From a virus (taxonomy: Duplodnaviria > Caudoviricetes), in the IMG/VR virus record IMGVR_UViG_3300000101_000005: a DNA stretch of 64,000 bases. One strand, given 5' to 3'. The notes under the pieces were generated by a model, which did not search any database, was not told the origin of the DNA, and saw nothing but the letters and a program-made list of their open reading frames with translations. This document shows, piece by piece, positions 17,502 through 27,011 of the stretch. The position numbers were made by a program, and so were the translations under genes. Positions within the stretch are counted from its first letter, which is position 1; each line of letters starts with the position of its first letter.

Positions 17502-18881
17502 ATGCCAAGACTCAGTTTATACAGACCCGAAAAGGGGAACGATTACAAATTCCAGGACAAAACCGTCTGGGAGATGTTCCAAGTTGGCGGTACTGATGTG
17601 CTTGTACACAAGTATGTAGGCCCCGGAAATTCACAGGAAAAAACAGCAGCTACACCAACATATAGCACAGATGATCCTACAAACATTCAGGATATGCTAT
17701 TCTTAGAAAACAGAGATCGCAAATATGATCCAGATGTTTATAGATTACGTGGTGTATATAATGTACAAGACATTGACTTTAATCTAAGTCAGTTTGGTTT
17801 ATTCCTACAAAATGATACAGTGTTTGTTACATTCCATATTAATGATACTGTTGAAAAATTAGGCAGAAAGATCATGTCAGGCGATGTTATCGAGTTGCCG
17901 CACTTAGATGATGAACATGCTCTTAATGATTTAAATTATGCATTAAAACGTTTTTATGTAATTGAAGATGTTAATCGTGCAGCAGAAGGATTTTCAAATA
18001 CATGGTATCCTCACTTGTACAGAGCAAAGTGTAAACCATTAGTAGATTCACAAGAATTCAAACAGATTTTAGATGGCATTGCAGATAAAGATGCATTGAA
18101 AGGTACGTGGAACGCAGAGTCAACTTACTTCCCAGGAGATATTGTTATTGCTCCTAATGGTGAGAAGTACCAAGTTATATCAGAAATTAGTGGCGTTGAA
18201 CCACCTAATGCAACTTATTATAAACTTGCAGATACACTCAAAGATATTATGAGTACGTATGAAAAAGAAATGCAAGTTACACAAGCAGTTCTTGATCAAG
18301 CAGAAGCAGATTCGCCACAAGCAGGTTATGACACTAGTAGATTTTATACTATGCAAGTTGATAACCAAGGTAAAACAGAACTTGTTACAGCTGACAGCGA
18401 TGACTTGCTTATACCATCTACAGATGCAGCCGGCAACACATTACTTGATGATAAAGGTAATGCAATCTACATGGCCGTTACTGCTGACACCGCATACAAA
18501 ACACCCGAAGGTAATGCATATACTGGTTACTTAATTGGTGACGGATTACCAGAGAACGGTGCACCATTTACACAAGGTATAGCATTTCCTCTTAATCCTA
18601 TGGAAGGACAATTCCACTTACGTACTGATTACAAGCCTACACGTTTGTTTAGATTCGACGGAGTACGTTGGAGAAAAACTGAAGATGATGTAAGAATGAC
18701 TAGAAGTAATTTAGGACCAAGTCAAGTAGGTGTAGGTAAAGATTTTGCAGGACATGATGCTGCAATAAGTAAAGGTAAGGATTCGTTTATTAACAATACG
18801 GTAGTTAACAACATTGGTGGTAAACAAGTTTCAGAAAAACAGAGCTTGAGTAAAGCACTTAGACCGAAGGCAGACGATTAA
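17502..18881 (+). CDS. gp14: Neck/head-closure protein (T4 gp14-like) with extensions
   Basis: IQDMLFLENRDRKYD, LSQFGLFL, GDVIELPHL and the EVIEDV-type segment YVIEDVN; divergent from gp13 and upstream of gp15. Confidence 0.7.
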   Translation: MPRLSLYRPEKGNDYKFQDKTVWEMFQVGGTDVLVHKYVGPGNSQEKTAATPTYSTDDPTNIQDMLFLENRDRKYDPDVYRLRGVYNVQDIDFNLSQFGLFLQNDTVFVTFHINDTVEKLGRKIMSGDVIELPHLDDEHALNDLNYALKRFYVIEDVNRAAEGFSNTWYPHLYRAKCKPLVDSQEFKQILDGIADKDALKGTWNAESTYFPGDIVIAPNGEKYQVISEISGVEPPNATYYKLADTLKDIMSTYEKEMQVTQAVLDQAEADSPQAGYDTSRFYTMQVDNQGKTELVTADSDDLLIPSTDAAGNTLLDDKGNAIYMAVTADTAYKTPEGNAYTGYLIGDGLPENGAPFTQGIAFPLNPMEGQFHLRTDYKPTRLFRFDGVRWRKTEDDVRMTRSNLGPSQVGVGKDFAGHDAAISKGKDSFINNTVVNNIGGKQVSEKQSLSKALRPKADD

Positions 18882-20377
18882 TGGATTTCTTTTACGATGG
18901 ACAGATAAGAAGATATGTAACACAGTTTATGAGAGCATTCATTGGTTTTAAATATGAAGCTGGTGATAAAACTCAACAAACTATACCTGTTATGTATGGT
19001 GATCTTACAAGACAGGTTGCTTCAATTATTAGAGAAAATTCTGAGAACAAACTACCTACTGTTCCTAGAATGGCTTGTTATATTTCAGGACTACAAATTG
19101 ATAGAGATAGATTAGCTGATCCGTCATTCATTAGTAAAATGAGTGTTAGAGAAAGAGACTTTTCATTTGATGCAGCTACAGGTGAGCCTAACTATACAGG
19201 TGCTCAAGGAAATGCATACACTGTTGAAAGACTTATGCCTACTCCTTTTATATTAACTATGAAAGCAGATCTTTGGACTTCTAATACAGACCAAAAATTA
19301 CAAATACTAGAACAAATTTTAGTGTTGTTTAATCCATCTATGTCTATTCAAACAACAGACAACTATATTGATTGGACTAGTTTAAGCGTGATTAATTTAG
19401 AATCAACTCAGTTTACATCACGTGCAGTACCTACAGGAGTTGACGATGATATCGATATTTGTACATTAGAGTTTACAATGCCTATATACATTTCACCGCC
19501 AACTAAAGTTAAAAAACTTGGTGTTGTTAGAAGTGTTATTGCAAATATATTTACAGAAACAGGTAATGTAGCAAATCTAAACGACTTAGTGTATGATGCT
19601 ACAACAGCAGAATCTACTCAATATATAAATGCACGTTATGGTGTGTTATTATTTAAATCAAACAATAATCAAACATACGACTATGATTTAACTATTGTAG
19701 ACGACGATGAAGCAGTAAATGCTTTAGGACTTAATGCTAAAGAACAAAAAAGTAAAACAACAGAAATTGATTGGAATGGAGTATTAGATAGACTAGGCGG
19801 ATTCAAAGCAGGCGCAAAAATATATTTCAGACAACCTACAGGATACGAAATGGTCGGAACATATGCTGTTAATCCTGCTAATTCTAAAGTACTATTAATA
19901 ACATTTGACCAAGATACTATTCCTACTAACACAACTATTGCATCAACTGTAAACGGTGTTGCTGCTCGTGCTACTGTTGACGCTATTATTGATCCTTACA
20001 AATTTAATCCTGTTGAGAAATGGGGAAGTTTATCAGCAATACCACTAGGTACAAGATATCTAGTTCTTGATAATATTAACGATAGTGATAATGTTGGACA
20101 AAGTTATAGAGAAACTCCATACAATGAAGCGTATGATGGTCCTGATGCATGGAAAGGAACAACAGGCGAAGATCCTATTATTGTAGCCAATGCTATCATT
20201 GAATGGAATGGCATAAACTGGATTACATTAGCAGATCCAAACACACTAGCAAATCCAACATATTTCCAAAACTTAAAAACAGGTATCCAATATAAATGGA
20301 CAGGCACCGAATGGCTCAAGTCGTTTGAAGGTGAATACTCGCCAGGTTATTGGAGAATTGACCCTAACCCAGCATAA
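18881..20377 (+). CDS. gp15: Tail sheath stabilizer/terminator (T4 gp15-like) with a C-terminal extension
   Basis: FFYDGQIRRY, IPVMYG, LPTVPRM, QKLQILEQILVLFNP and TLEFTMPIYISPP. Confidence 0.8.
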   Translation: MDFFYDGQIRRYVTQFMRAFIGFKYEAGDKTQQTIPVMYGDLTRQVASIIRENSENKLPTVPRMACYISGLQIDRDRLADPSFISKMSVRERDFSFDAATGEPNYTGAQGNAYTVERLMPTPFILTMKADLWTSNTDQKLQILEQILVLFNPSMSIQTTDNYIDWTSLSVINLESTQFTSRAVPTGVDDDIDICTLEFTMPIYISPPTKVKKLGVVRSVIANIFTETGNVANLNDLVYDATTAESTQYINARYGVLLFKSNNNQTYDYDLTIVDDDEAVNALGLNAKEQKSKTTEIDWNGVLDRLGGFKAGAKIYFRQPTGYEMVGTYAVNPANSKVLLITFDQDTIPTNTTIASTVNGVAARATVDAIIDPYKFNPVEKWGSLSAIPLGTRYLVLDNINDSDNVGQSYRETPYNEAYDGPDAWKGTTGEDPIIVANAIIEWNGINWITLADPNTLANPTYFQNLKTGIQYKWTGTEWLKSFEGEYSPGYWRIDPNPA

Positions 20378-20385
20378 GTATTTTA

Positions 20386-20775
20386 ATGCAAAAGAGAGCC
20401 GGAATATTATACCTATCATTAGACACTCAACGAATACTACTAATTCTTGAGAATGAAAAATGGACTGTTCCTACGTTTTCAAAAAAGACTTCTGTAATTA
20501 ATGACAGCTTAGAATTACAAGAAGACTTTTCTAAAGGTAAAATTGTTCCTATTGAATTATATTTGAGTCTAGATAAAGGATTTGAATACGGAACCTATAT
20601 TTGTTTAGTAAAGAAAGAATTCTTAACTACAAAAGCAAATACAATTAGTTGGTGTGATATGAATTTCTTACCCAAGAACTTGCACACAGGTCTTCGAAAC
20701 ACATTAAATAATAATCTAATAAGAACAAAAATAGAAACTATATTGGAGTTAAACAAAGATGTTAATACTATCTGA
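20386..20775 (+). CDS. Degenerate NUDIX-fold protein
   Basis: N-terminal AGILY...RILLIL..KW and C-terminal W...LPKNLHTGL match the flanks of a NUDIX fold, but the Gx5Ex7REUxEE box is absent. Confidence 0.45.
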   Translation: MQKRAGILYLSLDTQRILLILENEKWTVPTFSKKTSVINDSLELQEDFSKGKIVPIELYLSLDKGFEYGTYICLVKKEFLTTKANTISWCDMNFLPKNLHTGLRNTLNNNLIRTKIETILELNKDVNTI

Positions 20776-21022
20776 AGAACCAAGATTTATTAAAGATATT
20801 GAAGGCTTTCATGAAAGAATTAAAAACGTAGCCGACAAAGTGGAAAAAGCACAGTGTAACGGGCTTCTTGAAAAACTTATTAATGTAGTAAAAAAGTTAG
20901 ACGAAGTACATTCTAATCTTGCGTTTGACGCAAAAGCTATGTCGCAGGCACCCGAGCAACGTAATGATATTGCTGTTGTTAGAAAAATGCTTGATAAAAA
21001 ATTAAAAGATCTTAGATGCTAG
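20759..21022 (+). CDS. Small helical hypothetical protein
   Basis: 87-aa ORF overlapping the upstream gene and converging on the fibre gene. Confidence 0.6.
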   Translation: MLILSEEPRFIKDIEGFHERIKNVADKVEKAQCNGLLEKLINVVKKLDEVHSNLAFDAKAMSQAPEQRNDIAVVRKMLDKKLKDLRC

Positions 21023-22647
21023 ATTGTAGCAAAACTCTTAATAGTAATTGATCCTACCATAGCACTGTGGTTAGTACATTGATATCTGTAACCACCTGAT
21101 ATTCCTGCAGGAACTTTCCAATACAATATTCCACCAGTCTTTGAATTTGCACTAGCACCTGTAGTTACTGTTCCAGTATCTGTTACGTGTATTAGTCCTG
21201 TGTTATATGCTGCACTTGTAGCATCTTGAATTTGGAATGGATGACTTGCTGAAACACCTTGTAAGTTAAATGCAATTGTTGTTCCACTAATTGCATAAAT
21301 TGTAGGATTGTTTCCACCGTACTGATCAAATGTGTAAGCAGAAGTTCCGCTGGCTCCAACAACCAATTGTGTAATTGCTGGTAAGTAAACATCTGAAACT
21401 TTTAATCCTGCTGATGTTACATCACCTAAGTCGTCAAAGTCAGTTGCTCCGCCACCTGATCCTGTAATAGTAACACTGTCTCCACTTGCATTTGTTGTAA
21501 GTGTAATGTTTGTACCGGCTGTAAGTGTTAGTGTATCAGTTGTAGTATCTGCTACAACATCACTTTGACCAGCAACAGCAATAGTGCTAAATGCATTTTG
21601 GTTTGCATCTCCGCCACCGCCTGATGCTGAAGGTGCCCAGTTAGCACCGTTCCATTTAAGTACTTGTCCGCTTGTTGGTGCAGCAGTTGTTGTGTCAACA
21701 TCACTTAGTGCATCAATTGATAATGTTCCAATTCCTGTAATAAATCCTGCACCGTTAGTTAACTGATTGTTATTTGTAGGTACAGTTGGTCTACCTGTTA
21801 AAGAAGTATATGCTCCGTCAAAGGCATCTGTAATACCAAAGCCTGTAATGGTTGTTGGCTTACTTGTAATGTCATTCCATGCAACACCTGTAATGTAACT
21901 TGTAAGGTCTGGTGGAGTAAAAGTAAACACACCAGTTGTGTTATCGTATGCAATTGCTCCGTTACCTGATGCTGTTGCAGCAGAACCAACGCTTAATGCT
22001 GTAAGTTGTAATAAACTAGGAGTGTTGCTTAGATTATTGTAATTTAAAAAGTATGAACTATCAAAACCGTCTAGGGTATCTGCATCAGTACCAGCACCAC
22101 CTGTTGTACTATCTACACCCGGTACCCAATTACTGCCGTTCCATTTTAAAACTTGTCCTGCAGTTGGTGCTGTAGTTGCTGTGTCTACATCTGATAAGAA
22201 GTCAATGCTAAATGCAGTCATGTCTAATGTTATTTTGTCTAATGCTGCATCACCAACTGATTGAATGTTTACTCCGCCAGCAATAGTAAGTGTATCTGTT
22301 GAAGCATCTGCAACAACGTTTGCACCTGTGTCAGTTGAAATAGTTGAGAATATATTACCACTTGCACCGCCGCCTGACGATGTTAAGGTAACTGTATCTG
22401 TACTAGCACTTGTAGTGATAGTCATTCCAGATCCAGCAACTAAGTTTAGTGTGTCTGCTCCACTATCTGCTGAAACGCTGTCTTGCCCTGAAACTGCTAT
22501 AGTAGCAAATGATAGGCTTGAACCACCTCCGCCACCGCCTCCACCAGAGATAACGATATCCCAAGTCGTACCGTTCCATTGCCATGTAACGCCACCGCTT
22601 GTATATTGGTCTCCTACTAAAGGACTGTTTGGAAATGCTAGTGCCAT
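21019..22647 (-). CDS. Tail fibre-like protein with repeats and a C-terminal cupredoxin-like domain
   Basis: Three FxTI...VxAD...DTL repeats and two LSDVDT...PTxGQVLKWNG repeats; C-terminal SHPF...YQCTNHSAM. An exact TATAAATA at 22667-22674 and an AGAGGA RBS precede it. Confidence 0.7.
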   Translation of the reverse strand: MALAFPNSPLVGDQYTSGGVTWQWNGTTWDIVISGGGGGGGGSSLSFATIAVSGQDSVSADSGADTLNLVAGSGMTITTSASTDTVTLTSSGGGASGNIFSTISTDTGANVVADASTDTLTIAGGVNIQSVGDAALDKITLDMTAFSIDFLSDVDTATTAPTAGQVLKWNGSNWVPGVDSTTGGAGTDADTLDGFDSSYFLNYNNLSNTPSLLQLTALSVGSAATASGNGAIAYDNTTGVFTFTPPDLTSYITGVAWNDITSKPTTITGFGITDAFDGAYTSLTGRPTVPTNNNQLTNGAGFITGIGTLSIDALSDVDTTTAAPTSGQVLKWNGANWAPSASGGGGDANQNAFSTIAVAGQSDVVADTTTDTLTLTAGTNITLTTNASGDSVTITGSGGGATDFDDLGDVTSAGLKVSDVYLPAITQLVVGASGTSAYTFDQYGGNNPTIYAISGTTIAFNLQGVSASHPFQIQDATSAAYNTGLIHVTDTGTVTTGASANSKTGGILYWKVPAGISGGYRYQCTNHSAMVGSITIKSFATI

Positions 22648-22669
22648 AATATTTGTTCCTCTACTGTAT

Positions 22670-25189
22670 TTATACTATACGCAAATTAGTTATAGTAACG
22701 CCACCGCTTGTTGCAAATGGCTGATCTGAGTTATATTTGTTATATAAAATCTTACCTGCTGACCCCATAATGCTAGTAGTATATGCATTATAATCAGTAG
22801 ATGAGCTTGTTGTATACATTGTTGCTGGTGAGTTTCCTTCTACCTTTTGTTTAAGTTGTGCAGGTGTTAATGTAGGATCTACTTGTAAGTTTAATGCTCC
22901 TACTCCACATACTTGCGGACTTGCCATACTTGTGCCGCTAATAGATTGCTGGCCCCAACTACCGTCTAATTTATATGCTGCTGGACCGCCAATTTCTGAT
23001 GTGTTTGAACATGCACTAATAATATTTGTTCCAGGTGCCCATACAGTTACAGCAGGGCCTTTCATGCTGTCTGGCTTTGTTACATCTTGATTGTTAAGAA
23101 TTCTACTATCAATATTGCCTACGTTAAATGCTCCTGTTGCATATGGCGAAGGCGGTCTATGATAATTGTATGTTCCGGCAGTAAATGTAACAGTATTATT
23201 ATAGTCTGCTCCTGCCGCAACATCAACTTTATAATAATCATTACCTGCTGCAATACAAACATGTATACCATCATTAATCATATCTGCAACTTCAGCATCA
23301 ACGTATGCTACTTGGACAGGAATTTTCCATCTCGTTCCTACGTATGGTACAACACCTACGTTTGCCCATACCTGTTGAATAGTAGTATAGTCAGTTCCGT
23401 AAGTCCATGCTGCTCCTCTGTAGTTTCCAGATACTGGAGTTTCTGTATTAGCAATGTTAGTTCCGTATCCCCAACTCATGTTAACAATAGTTGGTCTTTT
23501 AACTTTTGTAATCGGATCAATAGGTTTTTTGTTGTGCCAGCTTCTAATACAATCAAATGAATTTACAATACTAATACCATTATCAGGATCTGCTGTGCCT
23601 TCAAGCCCTCCTAATTTTTGTGAATATATTCTTGCACCTTTTGCCCAACCAAAGGTTTTACCTGCAACTGTTCCTGTGCAGTGTGTTCCGTGCCCGTGCA
23701 AGTCTGTATAAAAAGTTGTATCTTGTGTTCCTGTTACAGTACTTTCTTCGTACCAGTCAATTTGCTGTAGTCTTGAACTTGATGTATTTGAAACATATCC
23801 TGACGATCCTGCTACAAATGGATTTCCTATATCGCCGTCTGGGAAAATACTTTGTAAAACATCAATGTCAATTTTTTCAATTACATCTTTAATATGTGTG
23901 TTAAACAATCCATAACCTAACGGATTTAGAGCTTGTACACCTGCTGGAGTACGTGCAGAGTCAGCCCATTCAGGAGCTAGACTGCCACCGTCCCATAAAC
24001 TTGTATATTCAAACATTGCAAAGTTTAGTAGATATAAGTATTCTTTTACTGCTACAGGAAATGTATCGGCATCTGTTTTCCAGTTAGGTGCACCACTGCT
24101 TGCCGCATCCCATATATTGTTATCTTCTGCTTCTTTCATTGCAAGGAACATTGGACCTGTTGCCCAGTCTGAATCGAAGCTAGGAAACATTTTTAATTCT
24201 CTTGCTTCGAGTCCATACTGATGTATTGTATGAAATACATGTTCTATTACTTCTGTTATATCGTTGTTGCCAGTACCTGATCTTACATACCAAACCATAT
24301 CGTCAACAGCATGGCTATCTAAAAATCCTTGATAACCGCTATAACTAGCAATGCCACCGTCAGTTAACCAATTAGGTGAGTAATTAGCACCAGTGCCGAA
24401 ACCAACTCGTTGTGCTGCTGGAGTTCCTGCATGCCACGTACCTGTATCGCCTCTTAGGTTTTCGATAAGTTTTTTTTGCTTTTCAGTGTTTGTTGTTTTA
24501 CGTGGAGTTAGTAATAGCTCAACTGTTCTTGCAACTTTTTTTGCAAACTCGCTATGCACAGTTGTTGCTCCGCCTACTGCTCCTGCAACTACAATTTTAA
24601 GTCCGTGTACATTAATACTTCTATCAAACACGGCGCCATTGGTACTATCTGTAACTAATGGACCTGCAGCATAATGATCTGGTGCTACAAAATTTAATGT
24701 TTCCCATTCAGGGTGTCCACCTTCAATTCCGCTATCTTGAATAACAACATCAACCCCTGTACCATCTAGTGGATACAAATAAGGATCTGTTATTGATGTA
24801 ATTGTCTGTTCGCCAGACGGTGTACTACCGTTGCCATAATTTTCTGTTAAACTTTGACACCGTTTAAGTGCCCAGTTGTCAAGATTACCAGCACTACCAG
24901 AACCTCTAAAAAAGTTTCCTGCTTGTGAAGCTCGCAAACTTATTTGAACATCGTCACGTTCTTCAATAGGAATTTCAACAGCTAAAACTCTATCATCGTT
25001 TCTTAAATCTTCTGCTTCTGCGTCTGATAACATGAAATGAGTTGATACTCTAGACGCTTCACGAGGATTTGCAATTGTAACTTTTCTTGTTGGAATTGTA
25101 TCTGAACCTAGTGCTGAAACCATCTCTGCATCGAGTGCAGCAAGATCAACTCCGGGGTTTACTGTAACAATATATTCTCTGTCAGCCAT
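22670..25189 (-). CDS. Subtilisin-family (S8) serine protease with a large inserted domain
   Basis: Catalytic triad motifs VDVVIQDSGI, HGTHCTGTVAG and SGTSMASPQV; oxyanion AAGND; N-terminal propeptide-like segment. Confidence 0.9.
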   Translation of the reverse strand: MADREYIVTVNPGVDLAALDAEMVSALGSDTIPTRKVTIANPREASRVSTHFMLSDAEAEDLRNDDRVLAVEIPIEERDDVQISLRASQAGNFFRGSGSAGNLDNWALKRCQSLTENYGNGSTPSGEQTITSITDPYLYPLDGTGVDVVIQDSGIEGGHPEWETLNFVAPDHYAAGPLVTDSTNGAVFDRSINVHGLKIVVAGAVGGATTVHSEFAKKVARTVELLLTPRKTTNTEKQKKLIENLRGDTGTWHAGTPAAQRVGFGTGANYSPNWLTDGGIASYSGYQGFLDSHAVDDMVWYVRSGTGNNDITEVIEHVFHTIHQYGLEARELKMFPSFDSDWATGPMFLAMKEAEDNNIWDAASSGAPNWKTDADTFPVAVKEYLYLLNFAMFEYTSLWDGGSLAPEWADSARTPAGVQALNPLGYGLFNTHIKDVIEKIDIDVLQSIFPDGDIGNPFVAGSSGYVSNTSSSRLQQIDWYEESTVTGTQDTTFYTDLHGHGTHCTGTVAGKTFGWAKGARIYSQKLGGLEGTADPDNGISIVNSFDCIRSWHNKKPIDPITKVKRPTIVNMSWGYGTNIANTETPVSGNYRGAAWTYGTDYTTIQQVWANVGVVPYVGTRWKIPVQVAYVDAEVADMINDGIHVCIAAGNDYYKVDVAAGADYNNTVTFTAGTYNYHRPPSPYATGAFNVGNIDSRILNNQDVTKPDSMKGPAVTVWAPGTNIISACSNTSEIGGPAAYKLDGSWGQQSISGTSMASPQVCGVGALNLQVDPTLTPAQLKQKVEGNSPATMYTTSSSTDYNAYTTSIMGSAGKILYNKYNSDQPFATSGGVTITNLRIV

Positions 25190-25198
25190 GCTTTATAC

Positions 25199-26926
25199 CT
25201 ATACCAAGCTCGCCCAAGCACCATTTTCGTATACCTGTGCTTTGTTCAACGTAGTGTCATATACCATATCACCGTTTGCAGGTGTTAGTGCATTTTTCTG
25301 TGTTGTTGTAAAGCTAGGCAGTCTAAATGGAGCACCGGTAACTCTTACACCGTCTTGTGTATCTAAAACTAGTGTTGAACTACTTGTAATTTGAGGTGTG
25401 CCAGTATCGGTCTGTGCAATAGTTTTTACTGATAATGTATCATTTACTGTTAAATTCTGTGTTGTATGATTAGTTGTTGTAAAGTCTGTTACTGAAAATT
25501 GTGCTGCTGTAAGCAAATTGTTTACAGTTAAATCGTTTTCAACTGTTAGATCACTTTGCATTAACACACCTGGAGTAAAGTTTATTCCTGAACTATCACT
25601 AGTGTCAATGTTCGAACCTGTAAATACAAAGTTACCAACTTCAGCTGCTGTTGCACCACCTGTTGCTGTACCACTTGACACATACGCTGAAAATCCTGTA
25701 CCGTTTACAGTTGTTGATAAAGCACTGTCAGAGTATAAAGCAAACTCTAATGTGCTAGTAACGTTTGCATAATATTCATTACCATTAAGCTGTGTCATTC
25801 CGTTGACACCTGCAATTGTTACAGGTTGTCCTTCGTAAAAACCGTGTGCAGAACTTGTACTAATTACAACTGGATTTGCCTGTGTTGCTGCGGCAATAGT
25901 TGCAGTTACAGAACCACTACCAACTGCATCTGATGCAGGTGACCATTGCGCACCGTCCCATTTAAGTACTTGGTTAGTACTTGGTGAACTTCCTGATACA
26001 TCTGAAAGTGTTGTAATTGATGTTGCTGTTAAATTTTGTAATGCACTATCTGCTTTAGTACCTTGAGCTGATGTTGCAGCATCTGTAATACCATAACCAG
26101 CAAGTGTTGTTGCATTGTTTGCTAGTTTTGTCCATGCACCTGCATGAGCAAAGTACCCAGCACCTGTAGCATGAACATGTGCAAACATTCCATGATACGT
26201 TGTAGCACTAGGTAAGTCTCCTTCTGTTGCAAATACATTTGCAAAGTAAACTTTGCCTGTTGTAGTAATATCATTACTACCCATAGCTAAAGTGCCACTA
26301 ACTGTTAAACCGTTTAATACCGGAGGTGCATATGTAAACACACCTGTAGTATTATCGTAACTAACTGCGCCATCGCCTGCCGCAGTACCTTCTGCACCAA
26401 CTGATATACTTGACCTAACTGCTGATTGATCTAATCCAGCTGCTGGTGCTGCTGCATTAATCCATGCTGCACCATTCCATTTTAATACTTGATCAGTACT
26501 CGGAGTTGTAATAGTTACGTTTGTTAAATCTTGTAAGTTATCTGGGATAGCAGGATAACCTAATACCGGTTGTACCCATTGATTACTATCACCATCGTTA
26601 ATATAGACATACAGTGTACCATTACTGCTATTAAACCAAATTGTACCTGCTGTTGGTGTGCTAGGTGCTGTTTGGCTTACTTCAATACTGCCACCACCAC
26701 CACCTACTCCAGCCGCTGTTGCTTTTGCAGCAAATATAGAGTTAGTAACGTTGGTTAAATCGCCTCTTGCTAATGGTAAACCGCCTACAACTATACTGTC
26801 AAACAGTCTAATCGTATTGTTGTCCTTATCATAGAATATTTCTCCACGTGCGCCGGACTTTCTATCCAGAAATTCTGCATCTCTTGGTACTACGCGAAGG
26901 TTATTAATGATAGGTAAATTGGCCAT
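25199..26926 (-). CDS. Tail fibre/virion structural protein
   Basis: QVLKW(N/D)G repeats, a YHGMFAHVH module, an ANPVVISTSSAHG...GVNGMTQLNG module and C-terminal GDMVYDTTLNKAQVYENGAW. Confidence 0.7.
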   Translation of the reverse strand: MANLPIINNLRVVPRDAEFLDRKSGARGEIFYDKDNNTIRLFDSIVVGGLPLARGDLTNVTNSIFAAKATAAGVGGGGGSIEVSQTAPSTPTAGTIWFNSSNGTLYVYINDGDSNQWVQPVLGYPAIPDNLQDLTNVTITTPSTDQVLKWNGAAWINAAAPAAGLDQSAVRSSISVGAEGTAAGDGAVSYDNTTGVFTYAPPVLNGLTVSGTLAMGSNDITTTGKVYFANVFATEGDLPSATTYHGMFAHVHATGAGYFAHAGAWTKLANNATTLAGYGITDAATSAQGTKADSALQNLTATSITTLSDVSGSSPSTNQVLKWDGAQWSPASDAVGSGSVTATIAAATQANPVVISTSSAHGFYEGQPVTIAGVNGMTQLNGNEYYANVTSTLEFALYSDSALSTTVNGTGFSAYVSSGTATGGATAAEVGNFVFTGSNIDTSDSSGINFTPGVLMQSDLTVENDLTVNNLLTAAQFSVTDFTTTNHTTQNLTVNDTLSVKTIAQTDTGTPQITSSSTLVLDTQDGVRVTGAPFRLPSFTTTQKNALTPANGDMVYDTTLNKAQVYENGAWASLV

Positions 26927-26955
26927 ATTATAAGTTCATCCCAGTTGTTGTAAAG

Positions 26956-27006
26956 TATTTATCTGCTTTCAGACTATTCATGTCATTAATAATCTGGCCA
27001 TAAATA
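26956..27006. promoter_or_regulatory. Divergent late-type motifs at the left edge of the halogenase island
   Basis: ATAAATA on the minus strand (26956-26962) and ATAAATA on the plus strand (27000-27006), the latter 5 nt before ATG 27012. Confidence 0.7.
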
Positions 27007-27011
27007 GTAAT

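Noticed and set aside
17458-17508. N-terminal extensions proposed by the ORF track (gp13 from 17508, the 798-aa ORF from 5439, sheath from 15331, oxygenase from 35287)
   Set aside because: They run across promoter motifs or neighbouring genes; downstream ATGs have better signals (TAAATA-N5, an SD, or an ATGA overlap).
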